From: an uncultured Clostridia bacterium
GTDB lineage: Bacteria; Bacillota; Clostridia; TANB77; CAG-508
Assembly: GCA_948676835.1 (NCBI GenBank)
Contig: CAPOZU010000001.1
Location: forward strand, 58,633-122,632
Direction: 5' to 3'
Length of the DNA: 64,000 nt
Part shown: in pieces, positions 37,085-47,597 of the stretch
Layout of the letters: each line of letters starts with the position of its first letter
Numbering within the stretch: the stretch's first letter is position 1
Translations under genes and position numbers: made by a program
Notes under the pieces: model-generated
The model's input: only the letters and a program-made list of their open reading frames with translations
What the model was told of the DNA's origin: nothing
The model's database searches: none

Positions 37085-39646
37085 TTATTTTGTAATCCAT
37101 TTTACTAAATTCAAGTTCTCAGCATCCATTAACATCTCATGTTTTGGCATAACTCTAAATGTATATCCAAAATTTCCACCAGATTTTAAATCAATTACAG
37201 CTTCATAATTGTATTTATGTTCTGCCTTATTCTCTGAAATTTTATTCATTGTACATGTATAAACATTTCTAACAGTTCCATTATCTAAGAATTGTCCAAA
37301 GTAAACTTGAATATCTGTATTTTCCTCATCAATATTTGGAAGATATACTTCGCAGTTAACTGTTATTTGTGTTCCTGCTACTAATTTTGCATTGTCCACA
37401 TTTCTATCTTGTTTTATTTCGATTTTTTCCCAATTCTCTTTTACATTTTTCTTCCATTTAGTAAACTCGCCAACTTTTTCTAAATCATCAAAGTATTTTC
37501 TTTTTAAATCACAAAGTGGCATATATAAATCTCTAACATAATCTGTAACCATTCTTGCTGTACTATATTTTCCAGCAGTTGTTTTAATTGAATTTTTCAT
37601 ATATGTTAGCCATTCTTTTGAAACTCCATTATTATCTTGATTATAATATGCTGGAATTATTTTGTTTTCTAAAGTATGATATAAACTATTACTATCAGCT
37701 TTATCTTGCTCTTCATATGAATCATATTGTGCATTAGTTCCAATAGTCCATCCATTTGTTCCATCATAACCTTCGCACCACCAACCATCTAGTACACTAA
37801 AGTTTACAACACCATTTACTGATGCTTTTTCTCCTGATGTACCAGAAGCTTCCATAGGTCTTCTTGGATTATTTAGCCAAACATCAACACCACTTACTAA
37901 ATATCTAGATACACCAATATTATAATTTTCTAATATAAATATTTTTCCTTTAAATTGTGGCATTAAAGAAATTTCGTGTATAAATTTTATTAAATCTTGT
38001 CCTTCTTTATCTGCTGGATGTGCTTTTCCTGCAAATACTAACTGTACTGGTCTTCTTTCATCATTTAATATTTGTGTAAGTCTTGCTATATCTTTAAAAA
38101 TTAATGTTGCTCTTTTATATGTTGCAAATCTTCTTGCAAATCCTATTGTTAAAGCTTTAGGATTTAAGCAATTTACAACTTCAGCTATTTGATCATAACC
38201 AATTCCACTATTTACATATCTTTGTGTAATATTTTCTTTAAGCACTCTCATTAATTTTTCTTTTCTAGCAATATGTTCTTCCCATAACTTAACATCTGGT
38301 ATATTATCAATTTTTTCCCATGTTGAATCAAGTTCAATTCTATCTTGCCAATATGGTGGTAAATATTCATTAAATAATTCTTTTAGGTTTGGAGCAAGCC
38401 ATGAGCAAGTATGAATACCATTTGTTACATAAGTAATTGGAGATTCATCTTCTGCAATATTTGGCCATACATCACTAAACAATTCTCTTGAAACTTCTCC
38501 ATGTAATTTACTTACACCATTTTTCTTTCCAGCAATTTTTAAAGCAAGTATTCCCATATTAAATCCAGGTTCTAATTCTTCTCCTGGCATACCCATTTTT
38601 AAGAATTCTTCTTTAGTAATTCCTAAAGTATCCCAGAACCCATTGAAATATTTTTCAACTAACCATAGTTCAAATATGTCATTTCCAGCTGGAACTGGTG
38701 TATGTGTTGTAAATACAGTTTTTACTGTTGCAATTTCTTTTGCCATTTCGAAAGAAATTTGCTTTTCTTTCATTATATTTTTTATTAATTCTAATATTAA
38801 GAATGATGAATGTCCTTCATTCATATGATATACAGAAGGATCATAACCTAAAGATTTTAAAAGACTAACTCCTGCCATTCCTAAAACTATTTCTTGGCGA
38901 ATTCTCATTTCTTTATCTCCACCATATAGACGTAGAGTTATTCCTCTGAAATCTTCATCGTTTTTTTCTATATCTGAATCCATTAAATATAGTTTTATTC
39001 TTCCAACATTTATTTGCCATATTTTTAGATATAGCGTTCTTCCATCCATTGGAATATCTATTACCATATCTTCTCCTACATTGTTCTTAACTGTAGTAAT
39101 AGGTAAATTATATAAATCTATATTATGATATTCTGAACACTGTTCTCCTCTAGAATTAATTCTTTGATGAAAATATCCATTTTTATATAATAAACCAACA
39201 GCAACAAATGGTAATCCTAAATCACTTGCAGATTTTAAATGATCACCAGATAAAATTCCAAGACCACCAGAATAAATAGGTAAAATTTCATCTAACCCAT
39301 ATTCAGCAGAAAAGTATGCAATTAAATCTTTTTTATTATTTGGATAATTTTTATTGAACCAAGTATCTGTGCTATTCATATAATTTTCATAATTATTAAC
39401 AACAGCATCATATTCTTTTAAGAAATTTTGATCATTAACGACTTCTTCTATTTTTTCTTGGCTAACCATTTTTAGAAATTTTACTGGATTCTTTTCACTG
39501 CATTCCCATAAATCGTTGTCAATTAATTTGAATAATCTTAAAAATTCAGTATTCCAAGACCACCATAAATTATTTGCTATTTCTGAAAGTTTTATAATTC
39601 TTGATGGAAGTTGTGGAACAACTGTAACTCTATTGAATATATACAT
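37085..39646 (-). CDS. glgP: Alpha-glucan (glycogen/maltodextrin) phosphorylase, GT35 family
   Basis: 853 aa. The EASGTSGEK-like pyridoxal-phosphate lysine region (EASGTSGEKASVNGV) and GT35 architecture are present. Confidence 0.85.
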   Translation of the reverse strand: MYIFNRVTVVPQLPSRIIKLSEIANNLWWSWNTEFLRLFKLIDNDLWECSEKNPVKFLKMVSQEKIEEVVNDQNFLKEYDAVVNNYENYMNSTDTWFNKNYPNNKKDLIAYFSAEYGLDEILPIYSGGLGILSGDHLKSASDLGLPFVAVGLLYKNGYFHQRINSRGEQCSEYHNIDLYNLPITTVKNNVGEDMVIDIPMDGRTLYLKIWQINVGRIKLYLMDSDIEKNDEDFRGITLRLYGGDKEMRIRQEIVLGMAGVSLLKSLGYDPSVYHMNEGHSSFLILELIKNIMKEKQISFEMAKEIATVKTVFTTHTPVPAGNDIFELWLVEKYFNGFWDTLGITKEEFLKMGMPGEELEPGFNMGILALKIAGKKNGVSKLHGEVSRELFSDVWPNIAEDESPITYVTNGIHTCSWLAPNLKELFNEYLPPYWQDRIELDSTWEKIDNIPDVKLWEEHIARKEKLMRVLKENITQRYVNSGIGYDQIAEVVNCLNPKALTIGFARRFATYKRATLIFKDIARLTQILNDERRPVQLVFAGKAHPADKEGQDLIKFIHEISLMPQFKGKIFILENYNIGVSRYLVSGVDVWLNNPRRPMEASGTSGEKASVNGVVNFSVLDGWWCEGYDGTNGWTIGTNAQYDSYEEQDKADSNSLYHTLENKIIPAYYNQDNNGVSKEWLTYMKNSIKTTAGKYSTARMVTDYVRDLYMPLCDLKRKYFDDLEKVGEFTKWKKNVKENWEKIEIKQDRNVDNAKLVAGTQITVNCEVYLPNIDEENTDIQVYFGQFLDNGTVRNVYTCTMNKISENKAEHKYNYEAVIDLKSGGNFGYTFRVMPKHEMLMDAENLNLVKWITK

Positions 39647-39886
39647 TATATATTCCTCCTTCGTATTCTTTAAAATTTAATTTCTTCTGTTATCACAATA
39701 ATAATTATCTATTAAAATGCATTTTTTGTCAATTCCTTTCTAATAATTATTACCAGTTTTATATTATAGTAAATAATACTTTTTCTTGCAATATAACAAA
39801 AGTATTTTTTTTATTACTTTTATGTAACATTAGAGTTTATTTGATTTATTTAATATATAATTATATATATTATTGGAGGTTTTTAA

Positions 39887-41362
39887 ATGAAATTAAATAA
39901 TAATAAAAATGTAATACTTTGTACAAAAGCATTATATGCTGAACAATTAAAATGTTATGCAGCATTATGTGAATGTTATGAAGCTTTAGCAAATTCTTTA
40001 GGGAGAAATGCCACAGCAGAAGATGTTCAAAAAAGATATGCTCCATATTTAAGTTTAGCTGCCAAAGGCGATTTAAGTTTTTTGGATAAAGAAAATAATT
40101 ATGTATTTTCTGAAGAGTATCTTGGAGCTAGATTTCAAAACAGTGAAGCCAAAATATTTAAAGAATATGCCAAACAAACTAGAAGACTTTATCAATTTAA
40201 AGAAGGAGCTGCAATTCTTTCTCAAGCAATCTCTTCTGAGGGTTCACCATATAAAGAAGATATAGATGCTTATACAGAATATATGAAAAAAGCTTCACCT
40301 GCAACTAGAAAATTTGATAAACAAATTTCTGAGCATTCACCAACATATATTGGACATTCTTATTATGTAACTACTCGTAAAGCTATATCAGATATAAGAA
40401 GCATTGATTCTTCACATTTAGATGGTATACCAGTTTCAATGGAAATGGCTCCACATCAATTTGGTGCAAATATATCTGGATACACAACAATAGATAAACT
40501 TATGGAAGAAACTAGACAAGAAGCTCGTTATATGGATACTAAAGAAGAACGTACAGAATATGCTCAAAAAGTTAATCCTATTGCAGAACATGGTTATAGA
40601 TTTTTTGCGAAAAACCAAAAAGGTCTTGCATTATCACTCGCAGCAATTATGGCTCTTGGATTAACAACTGGAGTTGCAAATGGAATAAGAACAGCTCATG
40701 ACTATAATTCTTTATCTATAGATACATTATCTGAAAAGGGTTATGAAACAGATTTATCTGCACAAACAATTCAATCTATAAAAAATATTGAAACATTAGT
40801 TAATGAAGCTCAAAATCAAGGTACTATTCCTACTGAAACACAGTTAAGAGATTTAGGAACTACGATAGATGATTTATTTGATGATATTTTAGAAGAAAAA
40901 ATCACACCTTCGTTTTTAGAATCTCACCCTGATGCAAAAAATGTTACTGTTGATCATTATTATAACTATACTGATCCAGATGATCCCTATAAAGCAATTA
41001 TAATTTCTTATACAGATAAAGATGGAAAACAACAAGAAGAAAGAGTTACTCACTTTAGTTCTGTTGGAGCTTTTACTCCTAATGATGTTGCAAATGTTTT
41101 TGAACATGAATATGCAACAGATAGTTCTTATTCAGAAATCAGTAACATTTTTTCAGGATCTGGAAATTATATTGATACTGGAAAAGATGTACAAGATGTT
41201 TTAAAAGGATATAGTAATAGTATTGATTTTATGAAACATTTAGCAGCACTTGATTTAAATTATAAAGATGGTGCATTGCTTGGGATTATTCCATCTTCAA
41301 TTAAAGCTGATTTTCCTGAAAAAGTTGAGAATCAAAGAGATTTTGATGATGATGAAAGATAA
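39887..41362 (+). CDS. Hypothetical protein with one central transmembrane helix
   Basis: 491-aa open frame with a GGAGG ribosome-binding site and a single hydrophobic helix (LALSLAAIMALGLTTGVANGI). No family recognised. Confidence 0.45.
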   Translation: MKLNNNKNVILCTKALYAEQLKCYAALCECYEALANSLGRNATAEDVQKRYAPYLSLAAKGDLSFLDKENNYVFSEEYLGARFQNSEAKIFKEYAKQTRRLYQFKEGAAILSQAISSEGSPYKEDIDAYTEYMKKASPATRKFDKQISEHSPTYIGHSYYVTTRKAISDIRSIDSSHLDGIPVSMEMAPHQFGANISGYTTIDKLMEETRQEARYMDTKEERTEYAQKVNPIAEHGYRFFAKNQKGLALSLAAIMALGLTTGVANGIRTAHDYNSLSIDTLSEKGYETDLSAQTIQSIKNIETLVNEAQNQGTIPTETQLRDLGTTIDDLFDDILEEKITPSFLESHPDAKNVTVDHYYNYTDPDDPYKAIIISYTDKDGKQQEERVTHFSSVGAFTPNDVANVFEHEYATDSSYSEISNIFSGSGNYIDTGKDVQDVLKGYSNSIDFMKHLAALDLNYKDGALLGIIPSSIKADFPEKVENQRDFDDDER

Positions 41363-41459
41363 TATGTAAAAAAAGAACAGTTTTAAATAAAAGCTGTTCT
41401 TTTTTCATTATAAGAACAAAAATAAACTGCTACAATTTAAAGTAACAGTTTATTTTTAT

Positions 41460-43580
41460 TTATTTTCTTTTATTTGATTTTAAACAAATCACTGCAATTA
41501 TCATTATGCTTAAACCAACTATTGTAAATATTATTGTACCAATTCCACCAGTTACAGGAAGTGTTGCTCCAGAAGTGTTTTCTATCTCTATAAATATAGA
41601 CCTATAACTTACTCCATCTTTTTCAACAACTTTTGTTCCATTATAATCTGGGTTTTCTTCAGTTTTCTCATTTGTTAAATGTACTAATTTATTAACCTCT
41701 GGAGTTTTTTTAATTGACACATTCCACTTTATTGTATCATTTTCCATTGCACTTTCAATTGTTAACTCAATCTCTTCATTTAACTTATTATATCCATCTG
41801 GTGCCTTATATTCTTTTATATAATATTTTCCTGCTGCTAAGCTTGTATATTTTGCATATCCTTTTATATCACCTTCATCACCACAAGTTAATGTAGCAAT
41901 TTTTACTTTTTCATCATTATATATTTCAAAAATTGCATTTGATAAAGTTGTTCTTTCATCATCTTGAGATTTTAATTCTGCGATTTTTGATAATTCTAAA
42001 TCAATTGAATATGTATATGTTTTATTTTCTGTTGTACGAGATTTTGAAGTACTATCATGTGGATTATCTGAATAAATTAAATATGCCTCATTTATATTAG
42101 GAACATCTCCTACATTATGATTTCCATTTAATTTGGCTTTATATTCAAAAGTTACTATATCACCTGGATTTAATTTTCCATTAGTTACTTCAGTTTTTAA
42201 ATCTCTCATAGCAATTTTAAATACTTTTTTTCCTGCATAAGATGTTATATCATCTAATTTAAACTCTGATTTATTAGCTTCTGTTAAATTTATTTCTTCT
42301 ACTGAAAAATCAATTTCTAATGGTTTACCATCTTCATCTTTTGCTGTAACTGCAATTTTTCCATTTTCATCTTTATATAAATCAAAACCTTTATCTATAA
42401 TATCTATTATATAATATTCATAGTCTGTATATTCAGCTAAATATTCTTTAAAGTGATTATTTTCAGCATTCTTAGTTTGGTTTGTTGGTATCATTGCTTG
42501 CAAACTAAATGTTAATCCGTAAATTTCATTTTCTTTTCCATAATATGTTTCTGTATTATGTGTTTCGTCAATTTTTGCTCCACCACTAACTGTTTTTCCT
42601 AAATGTGGTACGATTGATTTTACTTCCATAATAACATTACTTACAACGTTTAAGAAATATCTACTATATGCATCATCTTTATCTGGAATTTGTGAATCTA
42701 CAACTATATAATAACCAGGCTCTAATCCTGTTATCTTGTAATCATCTTTTGAACTATCTGTTTTATGTGTTGTAGTAATTCCTTTATCTTTTATTATTTT
42801 TCCAATTATTATAGAAAATTCTTTTGCATGATCTTCATGCTGAGATAAAATATCTGCTACATCTGCTGCTGTTTTGCAATTATCATAAGAACCTTGAAGA
42901 GCATATTTTTCTTTTAGTTCACTTATAATTTCATTAGCATATGGTTCAAACGCATTTCCCCATTTAATATTTGATAATACTTTTTTATCTGCTTCTGGTT
43001 GTTCATATAAATCACCTTGGAATATTTGATAAGCTTCATAAACATGTCCTTTTATTGCATTGTCTATTGTAATTGTATATCCAGATGTTGCATCAGGAGT
43101 TGTAGTATTTTCTGGTGGTATTGGTTGATCTGTATTATTATCAGTAACTGGTTCATTTGGTTTTTCACTAGGAGTTGGTGTTACTGGTGTTTGTGTTGTG
43201 CCACCATCTGATGGTGTTGTTTGAGAACTATTAGAACTTGATTGTGTTGTTGATGATGGTGTTTTACTACTAGTTGTTTGTTTAGTAGTTGTTCTTTGTG
43301 TAGTGCTTTGTTCTGTAGCATTTCTACTATTTGTAGAATTCTCGCTACTTGAAGAAGTTCTATATGTAACTCTTCCTGAAGAAGATTCCTCTTCATCTCC
43401 TTCTGCTTGTCTTATATTAAATAAATTAGAAATTTTACTTTTCTCAAGCGATTCAACACTTGATTCTGTAGTTGAATTATTTACTAATTTTAAAATTCCA
43501 GCTGTAATAAGAACTGTACAAACTGTTACAATTCCAATTGCCACTAGTATTTTCTTATTTTTAATAGATTTTTTCTTCAT
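41460..43580 (-). CDS. LPXTG cell-wall-anchored surface protein with a Ser/Thr-rich stalk and SpaA-like CnaB-type domains
   Basis: Signal peptide MKKKSIKNKKILVAIGIVTV. The stalk carries a Ser/Thr/Gln-rich low-complexity region. GKYYIKEYKAPDGY is an isopeptide-domain motif. C-terminal LPVTGG is followed by a transmembrane helix and KSNKRK. Confidence 0.75.
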   Translation of the reverse strand: MKKKSIKNKKILVAIGIVTVCTVLITAGILKLVNNSTTESSVESLEKSKISNLFNIRQAEGDEEESSSGRVTYRTSSSSENSTNSRNATEQSTTQRTTTKQTTSSKTPSSTTQSSSNSSQTTPSDGGTTQTPVTPTPSEKPNEPVTDNNTDQPIPPENTTTPDATSGYTITIDNAIKGHVYEAYQIFQGDLYEQPEADKKVLSNIKWGNAFEPYANEIISELKEKYALQGSYDNCKTAADVADILSQHEDHAKEFSIIIGKIIKDKGITTTHKTDSSKDDYKITGLEPGYYIVVDSQIPDKDDAYSRYFLNVVSNVIMEVKSIVPHLGKTVSGGAKIDETHNTETYYGKENEIYGLTFSLQAMIPTNQTKNAENNHFKEYLAEYTDYEYYIIDIIDKGFDLYKDENGKIAVTAKDEDGKPLEIDFSVEEINLTEANKSEFKLDDITSYAGKKVFKIAMRDLKTEVTNGKLNPGDIVTFEYKAKLNGNHNVGDVPNINEAYLIYSDNPHDSTSKSRTTENKTYTYSIDLELSKIAELKSQDDERTTLSNAIFEIYNDEKVKIATLTCGDEGDIKGYAKYTSLAAGKYYIKEYKAPDGYNKLNEEIELTIESAMENDTIKWNVSIKKTPEVNKLVHLTNEKTEENPDYNGTKVVEKDGVSYRSIFIEIENTSGATLPVTGGIGTIIFTIVGLSIMIIAVICLKSNKRK

Positions 43581-43780
43581 TTTACCGCCTCTATTACCCA
43601 ATATTTTTCTTCTACTATATGATATATCAATTTAAGTTATTTGAATATAAAAAATATTTAACGGTTATGTTACAAAAGCGTTACATTCTTTCTTTGCCAT
43701 TCTGCTCTTACCTTTCCTTATTTTTTAAATTTTACATTTTTTTACAAAAAAAGACTTCATACTTGAAGTCTTTTTCTTTC

Positions 43781-44173
43781 CTATAATTTAAATCCATATG
43801 GAAGTAATTCCTCAATACTATATTCTTCTACTTTTTTATCATATACTGTGTATATTTTAAAATCTTTATCTACAAACTCACTCATAAATTGTCTGCAGTA
43901 TCCACATGGTAAACATTGTTCAGGAGCTTTATCTTTCGGTCCTCCAATTACAACTATACAATCAAATTCTCTCTCACCTTCTGATATTGCTTTTGCAAAG
44001 GCTGTTCTCTCTGCACAAATACTTTGAATTCCTTGATTTTCAATATTACATCCATAATATCTTTTTCCGTTTTTACATCTTAGAGCAGCTCCTACTGTAT
44101 ATCCAGAATGTGGTGAATAAGCTCTTGTTCTAGCATCAGTTGCAAGCATTATTTCATCTTTTATATTAATCAT
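43781..44173 (-). CDS. cdd: Cytidine deaminase
   Basis: CAERTAF...PCGYCRQF zinc-binding motifs; 130 aa. Confidence 0.85.
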   Translation of the reverse strand: MINIKDEIMLATDARTRAYSPHSGYTVGAALRCKNGKRYYGCNIENQGIQSICAERTAFAKAISEGEREFDCIVVIGGPKDKAPEQCLPCGYCRQFMSEFVDKDFKIYTVYDKKVEEYSIEELLPYGFKL

Positions 44174-44182
44174 ATGTACCTC

Positions 44183-44977
44183 CTATTTATACTTTCTTAT
44201 ATTTACTAAAAACTTTCCACTTTTAGTTTCTTTTTCTATTTCATCAAAAATAAATTTTCCTTTTCCTCTAATTGTTATTATATCATTTAATTCTATTTTT
44301 TTGGAATCTTTAAATTCATTTACTGAATTTATAAATACCTTTCCTCCTTCAATAATTTCTGAAGCACGAGTTCTTGAGCATTTTGCAAGTTCTGAAACAA
44401 AATTATCTAATCTCATAGAAGAAATAACTATTTTTATATCTTCAAATTCATTTTCCACTTTTTCAATATTTTTTATATTTTCTATAGTAATTATAGATTT
44501 TTTAAATCTAGTTAAGTCATTTAAACCTTCTTGTAAATATTTTGATACATCACATAAAGAAATTATATCAGCACCAGTATTTGTAACTAAAATATCTCCA
44601 AACTTTTCTCTTTTTATCCCCAATTTCATTATTCCGCTCAAGAATTCTCTGTGTTCATAATTAAGATTATTAGGTAACTTAATTCTTATAACTTCTAAAA
44701 TTTTACTATAATTTTTCTCAACCATTTCTTTTGAAAATTTTTCTGGATAAAAAATTATAATATTTCTATCAGCATTTTCTCTTCCACCAAATATAATCCA
44801 ATTATTAATTTTTTCTTCTAAAAGTATCCTTTTTACTACGCTCATTTCAGAAATATCAAGAAAGTCTGTATATGTAATTTTATTTCTTGTTTTGCAAAAT
44901 TCAAACTTATCTGCTATTTTGGCTACTAATAATTTGTTTTCACTATCTTTATATTTTTCTCTTGATTTTTCAAACAT
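44183..44977 (-). CDS. YlmH-like RNA-binding S4-domain protein
   Basis: Architecture and TDFLD motif resemble YlmH. The N-terminus overlaps the 3' end of dxs by about 50 nt. Confidence 0.5.
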   Translation of the reverse strand: MFEKSREKYKDSENKLLVAKIADKFEFCKTRNKITYTDFLDISEMSVVKRILLEEKINNWIIFGGRENADRNIIIFYPEKFSKEMVEKNYSKILEVIRIKLPNNLNYEHREFLSGIMKLGIKREKFGDILVTNTGADIISLCDVSKYLQEGLNDLTRFKKSIITIENIKNIEKVENEFEDIKIVISSMRLDNFVSELAKCSRTRASEIIEGGKVFINSVNEFKDSKKIELNDIITIRGKGKFIFDEIEKETKSGKFLVNIRKYK

Positions 44978-46806
44978 TTCACAATACTTCCCACATCTAA
45001 TCCATATTTTTCTTCAATTTCATCAACATTTCCATGTTTTACAAATTCGTCTGGATATGCAAATTTTTCCAATTTTGAATTTAATTTATTTTCAAAAATC
45101 AAATTTTCTACTTTATCTCCAAGCCCACCTATTATTGTTCCATCTTCAATTGTAATAACTTGTTTTATCCCAACAAGATTTCTTAAAATTGTATCCTCAT
45201 CAAAAGGCTTTAAAAATCTTGCATTTATAACAGTAGGATTTATCCCATCTTCTTTCAATTTTTCTGATACTTTTATAGCTTTCGAAACCATTTTCCCAAT
45301 TGCTATAATTGCAATGTCATTTCCTTCTTCTAAAACTTCTGCTTTCCCACATTCAATTTCTTTACATTCTTTAAATGATATTTCTTCTCCTCCACGAGGA
45401 TATCTTATTAATACTGGCTTATTTAATTTTACAGCAAAATCTAACATTTTTTCCAATTCATTAAAATCTTTTGGAGCCATAATATGAAAATTTGGAATTG
45501 TATTTGTAAAAGCCATATCTAATAACCCTTGATGAGTTTCTCCATCATTACCAACTATTCCACTTCTGTCTGAACATATTACAACAGGTAAATTTTGAAT
45601 TGCAACATCATGAACTAATTGATCATATGCTCTTTGTATAAATGATGAATATAACGGAACCACTGGCACAAGTCCTGCTTTTGCCATTCCAGCTGCCAAT
45701 CCAACTGCATGTTGTTCTGCAATTCCTACATCAAAAAATCTAGTTGGATATTTTTTTGCAAATTCTGTAAGTCCTGTTCCATCTTTCATTGCTGCTGTAA
45801 TTGCAACAACTTTTGGATTTTCTTTTGCAATTTGAACTAATTTTTCACCAAATACTTTAGAATAATCTTTTTTTCCTTTTCCTAATTTTTCTCCACTTTC
45901 GATATCAAACTTTGAAGTACTATGAAATTTATCTGGATTTACTTCTGCTGGTTTATATCCTTTTCCTTTTTTAGTTAAAACATGAACTAAAATTGGTCCT
46001 TCTTGTTCTTTGCAAATATTAAAGATATTTTCTAATTTTTCAATGTTATGTCCATCAACTGGACCTAAATATCTAAAACCAATATCTTCAAAATACATTT
46101 TTGGAATTACAAGTTGCTTAATTCCTCTTTTAGCTCTTTGAACTAATTTAACAACTTTTTTTCCAACAAAAGGAATCTTGCCAATCAGTTTTTTACCTTT
46201 TAAACTAGTATTTACATATATACTTTTAGTTCTTAATTTTGAAAGCATCATTGAGATTCCTCCAACATTTTTGGAAATACTCATTTCATTATCATTCAAA
46301 ATAACTATCATATTAGTATTGCTAGACCCAACATCATTTAGTGCTTCTAATGCCATTCCACCAGTTAAAGCACCATCACCTATAACTGCTATAATTTTAT
46401 TATTCTCGCACTTTATATCTCTTGCTCTTGCCATTCCAAGTGCTATTGAAATTGATGTACTACTATGTCCTGTATTAAAATTATCATATACACTTTCGGT
46501 TGTTTTTGGAAAACCTGCAATTCCATTCATTTTTCTTAATGAATCTAATTTATTTTTTCTACCAGTTAAAATTTTATGTACATAAGTTTGATGTCCAACA
46601 TCCCAAATAACTTTATCTAATGGTGTATTAAACACTGAATGAAGTGCTATTGTAAGTTCAACAACTCCCAAGTTAGAAGCTAAATGTCCTCCTGTTTCTG
46701 CTACAGTATTTATTATTTTTTCTCTTATCTCTTGTGCTAAGATTTTTTTATCCTCTATTCTTAAAGGTTTCAAATCTTCTGGATAATCAACTTTTTCTAA
46801 AATCAT
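44926..46806 (-). CDS. dxs: 1-deoxy-D-xylulose-5-phosphate synthase
   Basis: GGHLASNLGVVELTIALH...DVGHQ TPP-binding motifs. 626 aa, transketolase-like. Confidence 0.9.
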   Translation of the reverse strand: MILEKVDYPEDLKPLRIEDKKILAQEIREKIINTVAETGGHLASNLGVVELTIALHSVFNTPLDKVIWDVGHQTYVHKILTGRKNKLDSLRKMNGIAGFPKTTESVYDNFNTGHSSTSISIALGMARARDIKCENNKIIAVIGDGALTGGMALEALNDVGSSNTNMIVILNDNEMSISKNVGGISMMLSKLRTKSIYVNTSLKGKKLIGKIPFVGKKVVKLVQRAKRGIKQLVIPKMYFEDIGFRYLGPVDGHNIEKLENIFNICKEQEGPILVHVLTKKGKGYKPAEVNPDKFHSTSKFDIESGEKLGKGKKDYSKVFGEKLVQIAKENPKVVAITAAMKDGTGLTEFAKKYPTRFFDVGIAEQHAVGLAAGMAKAGLVPVVPLYSSFIQRAYDQLVHDVAIQNLPVVICSDRSGIVGNDGETHQGLLDMAFTNTIPNFHIMAPKDFNELEKMLDFAVKLNKPVLIRYPRGGEEISFKECKEIECGKAEVLEEGNDIAIIAIGKMVSKAIKVSEKLKEDGINPTVINARFLKPFDEDTILRNLVGIKQVITIEDGTIIGGLGDKVENLIFENKLNSKLEKFAYPDEFVKHGNVDEIEEKYGLDVGSIVKCLKNQEKNIKIVKTNY

Positions 46807-46831
46807 AATTCAACTTCCCCAATTTTGATTT

Positions 46832-47488
46832 CTATACCATTAAAAAAGCCATTAATGATGTTAATAATGGTACAGTTATATTATCTGTTCCTTTTATTGA
46901 AACTGCCTCTACAATAGTCATAAGTGCAGCAATTAATATTGATTTAATTGCAACATAATCTGCCATACTATATTGCAAAAATCCTGCAATTATAAGCAAT
47001 GTTACAAAAAACATTGTACATGAACCTGCTAATGTTTTTGTACTATCTTTTATTTTATATTCTGGACTTTTTACTGATTGACCAATTACTGCTGCTAATC
47101 CGTCACCATATCCCATAACAGCAATTCCACATAAACCTATTAGTGGATTTTTTATTGGTCCAAAAGTAATTAAAGATAAAATTAATAAAGATAATGCATA
47201 ATATACTGTTCCTAAGCTTTCTTTATTTTCGTCATCTTCATCTCTTTCCATAACTTTTATAATATTCATTTTATAAGATGCATAATTTATAACAACAAAT
47301 GCTGCTGGCATTATTGCTGCAATCCATGGGCTTTCAAAAAATACCATTGCAATAATCCACCAATTTGAAAGCATTATGTGTATAAATTTTCTACTTGCTT
47401 CTTTACCTGCTTTTTCAAATAACCTTCCTGATAACATTATTACTGCTATAAATGCTATTGAAACAATTATTCCAAATATATTATTCAT
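46832..47488 (-). CDS. CTP-dependent polyprenol/diacylglycerol kinase or CdsA-like cytidylyltransferase family membrane protein
   Basis: 218 aa, about six transmembrane helices, with a GYGDGLAAVIG motif characteristic of the dolichol-kinase/CdsA superfamily. Confidence 0.5.
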   Translation of the reverse strand: MNNIFGIIVSIAFIAVIMLSGRLFEKAGKEASRKFIHIMLSNWWIIAMVFFESPWIAAIMPAAFVVINYASYKMNIIKVMERDEDDENKESLGTVYYALSLLILSLITFGPIKNPLIGLCGIAVMGYGDGLAAVIGQSVKSPEYKIKDSTKTLAGSCTMFFVTLLIIAGFLQYSMADYVAIKSILIAALMTIVEAVSIKGTDNITVPLLTSLMAFLMV

Positions 47489-47597
47489 TTTTATTCTCCT
47501 TTTAAAAGCTAGTCGTATTTTAAGCTATTACATTATACAAAAAAAAGTGCCTAATTAAAAGCACTTTTTTTTATTTTCACATATAATTCACATTATT

